A stretch of 10,959 bases of DNA. Source: Candidatus Micrarchaeota archaeon (GTDB taxonomy: Archaea > Micrarchaeota > Micrarchaeia > Norongarragalinales > UBA8480). Positions 1 through 7,100 of the stretch are shown here, piece by piece. Under the pieces are notes generated by a model that did no database searches, had not been told where the DNA came from, and saw nothing but the letters and a program-made list of their open reading frames with translations. Every line of letters starts with the position of its first letter. The stretch's first letter is position 1. The stretch spans positions 1 to 10,959 of the forward strand of contig JAZDHP010000050.1 of the NCBI GenBank assembly GCA_043805855.1. Reading direction: 5' to 3'. Made by a program: the position numbers and the translations under genes.

Positions 1-118
1 CATAAAGTGGCTTAAAGGTAAACGCTGTTGCTGGCGTTGGCTGTGTTGAATTATAGAGAAAAACGCCAATAAGTGCAACAACGAAAAGCACAATTGCAAT
101 TAAAGTAAGTGACTTCAT
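1..118 (-). CDS. 5' part of a membrane-anchored or secreted hypothetical protein (runs off the left edge)
   Basis: Manual translation from ATG at 118: MKSLTLIAIVLFVVALIGVFLYNSTQPTPATAFTFKPLY, with no stop before the window edge. N-terminal hydrophobic helix followed by an NST sequon and a P/T-rich linker; TATA-like box ~32 nt upstream. Not in the ORF track. Confidence 0.8.
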   Translation of the reverse strand, partial: MKSLTLIAIVLFVVALIGVFLYNSTQPTPATAFTFKPLY

Positions 119-146
119 TTTTACTACAAGTGGAATTACGAGAAAC

Positions 147-166
147 GCGTATTTATAGCAATACGC
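147..166 (-). promoter_or_regulatory. Putative archaeal TATA box (TATAAATA, minus 157->150) embedded in an inverted repeat
   Basis: GCGTATT(147-153)-TATAGC-AATACGC(160-166) is a 7-bp inverted repeat. The minus-strand TATAAATA ends 32 nt before the ATG at 118. Confidence 0.5.
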
Positions 167-191
167 TGCAAAATGAACCAGTCAATTTACA

Positions 192-515
192 CTACACACG
201 GTACACTTGCAAATGGGGAATTCCGGCAATTTTCTTGCTGTTTTTCACGTTGAAAAACTTCCCCGCAACTGTAATAGCTTCCTTGCCGACAAAATTAAAA
301 GAAACATATTCATTTCCCTCGAGTTCAACTTTGATAACTTCGCTTGCCTTTGCCGCGGTTATCTTTTCGCCAGTGTAAAAAGCGCCGTAGGTTTTCAAGT
401 CCAACACTTTACCCCCTTCAGAGTATCTTTTTCCAATTAAATTAATGTCAGCCATTGCAATTACAACTGAAGTTCGGCCGCTGTAGTTACGTAAATGTTT
501 TTTAAAGTAAATCAT
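192..515 (-). CDS. DUF424 family protein (archaeal, function unknown)
   Basis: 107 aa with the DUF424 motif order recognised by eye: Y.K.H, V.A.AD..LIGK...EG...L, FY.GE, NFVG..AI, I.GIPHLQ at the C-terminus. Starts 4 nt after the upstream stop. Confidence 0.85.
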   Translation of the reverse strand: MIYFKKHLRNYSGRTSVVIAMADINLIGKRYSEGGKVLDLKTYGAFYTGEKITAAKASEVIKVELEGNEYVSFNFVGKEAITVAGKFFNVKNSKKIAGIPHLQVYRV

Positions 516-519
516 AAAA

Positions 520-1155
520 TTAGCACTTGAAATTGTTCACTACGTAATCTGCAACTGGCAAATCTTGAGTTAACTCTTGCGGAATTATTACCATTACCAT
601 TGCAACATATTGCTCGCGTTGTTCGTTTAATCGCTCGCAATTGTACGTTGCTTGGTAAATTGTAAAAGTGGAATTGGAAACGGACGAAAGCGCTGGGAAC
701 GAAGTGACTGTTTTTACTAAATGTGTTGCCACGCCGTTTGCGTTTGTAAACGTACTTGCAACTCCAGTGCTTTGCTCGGCGATTATTTCGTTGAACTGCT
801 GTTGCGCAGTTGTAGTTGTTGAATTGTCAACAAGAACTTCAATTATTTCCGGCATGCTGTTAACCATAGAAGCGTGGGCGCGGAAAACTGCCGTGTCTTC
901 AACTGGCTCTTCTACAATTAACCCTTGTGGATACTGTAAAGAAAAGCCCCATTCTTCGCTGTTGTATTTTAAAAATTTGTGCGTCTCGTTTACAGGCGTT
1001 GGCTTAAAAGACGGAAATAAAGTTTCGCGTGCGCTTGACGGTTTTAACTGTTGTACGCCGTTAAATGCAAATAACCAAATTGCAAAAATAAGCAATATAA
1101 TTAAAGTAACTGCAATGTAAATTCCATTTTTCTCATTTACTTTACGTTCAGCCAC
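520..1155 (-). CDS. Single-TM membrane-anchored protein with a PsbP/DcrB(Mog1)-like extracytoplasmic domain, ~211 aa
   Basis: TM helix GIYIAVTLIILLIFAIWLFAF. Motif KYNSEEWGFSLQYPQG is typical of the start of PsbP-like folds. Three sequons (NET, NST, NST). The ORF track starts at TTG 1206, but GTG at 1155 has AGGTGG 5 nt upstream and overlaps the giant gene's stop (GTGGCTGA), so it is the preferred start. Fold call is motif-based only. Confidence 0.7.
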   Translation of the reverse strand: MAERKVNEKNGIYIAVTLIILLIFAIWLFAFNGVQQLKPSSARETLFPSFKPTPVNETHKFLKYNSEEWGFSLQYPQGLIVEEPVEDTAVFRAHASMVNSMPEIIEVLVDNSTTTTAQQQFNEIIAEQSTGVASTFTNANGVATHLVKTVTSFPALSSVSNSTFTIYQATYNCERLNEQREQYVAMVMVIIPQELTQDLPVADYVVNNFKC

Positions 1156-4100
1156 TTGAACCACCTGCTGTTCCACCAACTGTACCGCTCTTCGTTGCTT
1201 TGCCAATTCCTTTTAATGCACTTTCGCTGCCCTTGTCCATTTCAAAGTCTTCACTTATATATTGGCTAACTTCTTCGCGTGTAATGTCGCCAACTTTGTA
1301 AGCGCCGTTTAAAATTGAACTATCTAGCGGCCTTTCTTCTGGAACCATTATAGAGTCAAAGAACAACTGGGCAGGTAACTTTGGACTGTTTATAACCGCG
1401 AACAAGAAGAAAGAATTGGATTGTAAAACTTGCTTGTAGTTCAATAAACACGCATCAGTACTTGAATCGCATAAATTAGCCAAGTAGAAAGACTCTGACT
1501 TGCATGTGCCATCCGCGTTTTGCCAGCATATCTTGTGAATTGAAGGCAACGTAGTTGCAGTTATTGGATTTTCAATGTGGTAAACGACCAAAACGTTCTT
1601 TGCGCTTTCTGGAACTTTTATTTCAACAGGCTGCACGTCAACATCTAAACCCAATTGAGTTGCAACTTGGGCGAGTAAACCACCAGCTGGACGAGCTACT
1701 TTTTTAGCCGTGCCTTTTATTTTACTCCACGTCGACGCTTTTTCTGCAGCAGTTTGAGTAGCTACAGTACCAACAGCAGTACCCGCTGCACTAACAGCAG
1801 CTGGTTTCAAAGCAGCTTTCGTAGCTTCCTCTAGTTCAGTTAACGCTTTGTTAACATCCTTAACAAAGCCCAGCGTCATTTTTCCATCTTTACCTACCAT
1901 CAGTTCAGTGAAATAAATTTGTTTACTAGCCACTCTCTTTGCAACCGCGTCTTTAACAACCGAAACTATTTTATCATCTTTTCCATTAGCAGCAAGCGCT
2001 TTCAAGTAAACCTCTCTAAGCGTTTGCTCCTGAATTCCAACTCCGTTTCTAAGCTCAGTTCCAAAAGTCATTTTTCCAAAAGATCTATCTAAAGTGGTTA
2101 CAGTCACACTTGCTTTAAGCGCATTAGTATTTCCACTTAACTCATTTACAATTCTTTGCAATTGATACTGATTACGAATATCCGTCCAGAAAGACAATTC
2201 CTTAGGTAAAACCTCCCTTTGGTTAGCTATTTCGGAAACTGCAAATTTAAACACTCCTTCGCCAGCATTTCTTTTTTCAGCTTTTAACAACGCACCAACC
2301 AACTGTTCACCACGATTGGTAAACTTACCCGCTTGCGAAAGTTGCTCATAACTATTAATTTCACTTAACACACTATCTACCGTTAGTGATTTAGACGCAG
2401 CAGCTGCAGTTCCTGTGCTTCCAGGTACGATTGTCTGCTTTGCTCCATATACCGCTGCTCCAGCTGCTCCTGGCGGAATTGCAGGCGATCCATCTCCGAG
2501 CCACGTTTCAACACCGTAAGTTGCTGCAACTGCAAGTGTACTGTAGCCAACCCAACCGCCTATGCTTGGAATTGCTGATCGGAAACTACTACCAGCTGCA
2601 GCAACTCTAGCACCAACTCCTCCCGTTCCTGCAACGCCGACAGGTGCGATTAGCCCGCCAACTGCGCCGAAAACAGCCGCGCGAACGCACCCGTTTAAAA
2701 CAGGACAAGAATCGTAACTACCGCCAGTTGTTAAATATGAACCGCCTTCGCCAACTATGCTTAATCCACATACAACTGCCGCTTGGCCTAAACCTTGGAA
2801 AATCTTCGCGGCAACAGGCGCGCCTATACCAGTAAGCACCGCGCCTATTCCAATTGCAGTGCCTGGACCAAGAATGGTCGTAATTTGTTCAACTGCTCTT
2901 TTGCCACAAAAGTGAGCTAAATTATAATGTTCCGGCAACGTGTATGAAATTTTCGGCGTATTTCTACCGTAAATTGTTTTTAGCAACGCGTTTGTCGTTG
3001 CGATGTCAGTTTTACTTGCCCCTTTTTGATACGGACCAAGCGAAAACCAACCTATAAACGAAGATAAGCCTTCGCCTTTGTTAAACCCAGCGCCTAGCTC
3101 TCTACCTAGATAAATATTGAAATCATCTTGCTTTCCAGCTAGTAACAACGGTGCATTGGCAACGTTGTCCGGACATGACGCAAGTGGAGTTGCACCTGTT
3201 ATTTGAATCTTGTCTTTTGAAGTGTCAACTGTTCCCAAAGCACCTTCAGAACATCCCAGATCAAGCCGCGCTTGAATTGCATAAATTCCACAGCCTTTTA
3301 GTATAGGTACGTTTGCAACATCGTAGACGACGTTTTGCGCAGTTAACGGTTGGCGCTTTACGTACTCTCCAAAATCTTGCTCAGTGTTTGCCAAATGTAT
3401 AATTGTAGTTTTAACGTAATTTGCGCCTGGCCCGCCTGGCGCGCAGAATAACATCCTTGAATCCGAGTCAGCTTTCTCCTTTGCAATTGTTGACAACTCA
3501 GCGATAAACGCATTGAACGAAGCTTGCGCCTGTTCGTAAGTGCAATAGTGTTTTGCGCATTGCGTTACAGGTGCAATTGCAGGAGCTGCGGTTACAATAG
3601 TTGTTTTACCAAACTCATCAGCATCCGCAAATTTAGTTTGTGCAGTTGTTGCGGTACTCGTGTCAATTTCTTGCGGTGCAATTTCTCCCCACGGCGAGTT
3701 CTTGTAAATTTCACTGTTTCCATTGTAAACATTTACCCGCACGGTTTTAGTGTAAACAACTGTTCCGTCAGTGGCGGTTATTGTAAATGACTCTTCTCCA
3801 TTCGTAGTAGTTTGTGGAGTGCAAAAAACGGCCTGTGCTTCGCCTTGCGCCATACTTGAAGGAATTTGACAGTTAACCGCACTTGAACCAGCTACAGTTA
3901 AACTAACTGCATTCTCGTGGTTGTTCACTAAAGTTAAAACACGCTCGTGATCCTCTCCAGTCCCTTTAAACGCAAACACAAATGGCCTCCCAGTTCTCTC
4001 GTTTAGATTATCATTAGAATAAGCGTAATCTACAAAAAATGAACGCATTGCCATGCTAGTTTGCGCTTCTTGGTCGCGGCTGCATTTATTTCCAGGCAAC

Positions 4101-7100
4101 ACGGATATTTTTACAGGTAAACTTACAGAACCAACCCAACCACTGTTGTCAGTTGCTTTGAACTTAACCTCAACAATCTTTTCAATTGGAGTTATAATGC
4201 ATTTATCGTCATGCGTTTCAGGCGGGATTGATAAAGATAGAGAAAACTTGTTGTTACACTCATTGTTTTCAGAAGTAGATAACTTATCCTGAGTGTGAGT
4301 TGTAACTGGCGTTAATTTAAACAATTCACGAGGTACACTTGAATCTGAAACTCTATAAATAAAAGAATCTCCAGCAGGGTAAACAACTTCCTTCCTCTTA
4401 TTAATTAAACATATTTTTTGGTCAGCTGTACGCGGCGACTTTCCTATATCTGCTTCTGTAAATGTAAATGATAATTGTGAACCGTCTTCAGTGCGCGCTT
4501 CTATGCCATAGCCGGCAAATGAAGACACAGATGGAAATATAGATTTACATGAAAGGAACCCAACTCGCTCGCGGCCAGTTACTTCAACTTCCTGCGCTCC
4601 GTTTTCAAGCGGCGGTTGTTTTATTTTTGCAGTTTGCGGGAATTGTATTTTCTTCACATTTGTAACGCCGAGTTTATAGTCGCTCTTGTAAACAAGTTCA
4701 ACGCAATTCGGGAAGTTAGATTGCATTGCACTTTTACGCGGATCTGGAGTTCCAGGCGGTAGAACAAAAGTTGTACTTGCGCGTAGTTGTGTTTGGAACA
4801 GCTGTTCATCTTGTTCAACTTCATTGCACGGGCTTAGAGAAATTTTTCCACCTTGTGAAAGTTCAACTTTCTTTCCAGCAAGCCGTGCGTTTGTAATTGT
4901 AAATTGCCCAGATGCAGACGGAAGAATGTCAGTAATTTGCTGGCGCGAGCCTTTTGACTTTACAGTTAATTGCACGCAGTTTTGCAACGCAATGTTTACA
5001 TTTGCTCCTGATTGCTGCGCTTGTGCTTCTAGCGGTAAGTCAATGTAAACTTCGTCTTCGTAAACAATTTCAAACTTTTCTCCACCAGCTGCCAATCCAA
5101 CGGGAGTTAATCTTTGAATTATTTGAATTGATGTAAACTGTGGAATCGCGTAGGAGTACTGCGTTCCAAAGTTACTTGCAAATTGATTATAACCTTGTTG
5201 CGAGCCATATCCGCTGTACGGGTCAAACGAGCCATAGCGTGGAGTTAGTGAAGAGAAAGGTGAATTTACGCTGTACTGATTATTGTAAGTATTAGCGCCG
5301 TATTGATTGTAACTTGAGCCATAGGGATTAGAGTTAAACGCGTTCATTCCGCCAAACGAATCATAGGGCGAGGACATTGAATTAGTAAACGCGCGTTGTA
5401 TTCCCGGCGGCAAAATTACATCTGCAGTTGGCAGTGTGAATTTAATTGAACCATCTGGAAGTGTTGTCTGCTGTGCGTTTGGCAAAATGCTAATAAATGC
5501 AGGGAATGGAAAGTTAACTTGAAACATGTTGTTGCCGTTGGAAATATGCTGGGGAGCTAGTTCAATAGCACTACCTGCTGGTACAGTTGCACGTTGGTCA
5601 GTTACCATTGCACCTGGGTTGAATACAACTAATTCTGAGTACGGTAGTCTAACTGCTTGTGAGCCGTCTTCTGCAGTTGTCTTTGCGGAAATTGTTCCAG
5701 GGGGAAACATAAAAGTAGAGTCAAACGGGAGTACAACCGCCATTGCACCGGGTACAAAACAGCGCATCTTGGAAGTAGTTGCAACTGTCACTGCAACGTT
5801 TTTTACAGTTGTCATTCCTTGGAAACCAGCGATAAATTCAATTACTCCATTTTCGCTTAAGTCTTCAAAAACACATTGCTGCGCCATGAACAACTGCGAA
5901 GGCGAAGCACTTGCAGTAAATTCAACTGACCCTCCAGCTGGGATAACCGCCGAAGCAGGTTTAACATATAACCCAAGCAAATCATTTTGCTGGTTTACTA
6001 ATACAGGCCGTGGCGCGTTGTTTGTAATTTTTATCTTCTGAGAATCGCGAGATTTACGAGGCAAGTCAAGTGCAAAATCTAGCGAGTCAGCTGAAAAATC
6101 AACAAGTTGTTCAAAAGTTTCCTGCTGTAGAGAAGCAGTTGCTTTGAACGTTACAGTTTCCCGTTGCGAGTGACCTGCAACGCGCGCATTTACGTTAATT
6201 GTTCCATCATATTGCTCGCGAAGCACATTTGGCTTAGAGGCGAATGAAAGCACATTGTCGTTGATTTTTCCAAGTAGAGAAATTGTCTTTGTTTCGCCGC
6301 CTTTTAATTTTACTGTTGATCCGCTTAGCCTTACGTTTGAATATTTCGGCGCGTTGTTTGAAAATGCAGTGAGGGCAACTTTCACCTCTTTGTTTGGAAC
6401 TAAATTAGTAATTGCAAATGAAGCTCCTTCTGTTTCTTCAAATGAGTCAATTGCAATTGACATTACGTTTGTGCGGTCAATTGAAATTATTTGTTTTGCG
6501 TTTGAAACTATTTTACCGCTTTTAGCACGAAAGCCTTCAGCTTGAACACTATAAGAAATGTCTCCAAATGAAGATGGCGCTATTTCTGCAGTATATTCAC
6601 CTGGTTTTTCCTCTTGCGCTTCCGCCTGTGCTTCAAGAACTTCACCTTTTGCAAAAATAACCCTTGCACCCACAACTTTTGCACCAAATGAATCAGTAAC
6701 TTCAATTTTCACTTTGTTATCTTGAAACGCGATTAACTCTTGCGGTTCAACTTTTACTTTTAGCTGGTTGCCAGCGTTTGAAATTACAACGTGTAAATCT
6801 TCTTCAAAAGACGCGCCTCCGCTTGTTGTGAAAGTTATTGAAACGTCGTTTGAAAACTTCACTGCTTTTAGCGAGAAGAAACCTTCGCCGCCAGGCGCAA
6901 CTTTTGCAGTTGCTGAATTACCATTACCACTACCTAGCTGCACTGCATCGCTGTCAGTTTGCAACGAGAGGGAAATTTCCGCGTTTGTTCCGCGCAGTGG
7001 CTGCGGCGGCACAAGCACGCGGTAGTTTAGCTTGAACATTTCAGGCACAACTGCTTCGAACTGCTGGAAGCCGCTTTTCTTACCTGTTGACCCTTCGAAC

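Noticed and set aside
1156..1206. ORF-track TTG start of the 228-aa protein
   Set aside because: It would overlap the giant gene by 59 nt with poor SD spacing; GTG 1155 has an SD and a typical short overlap.
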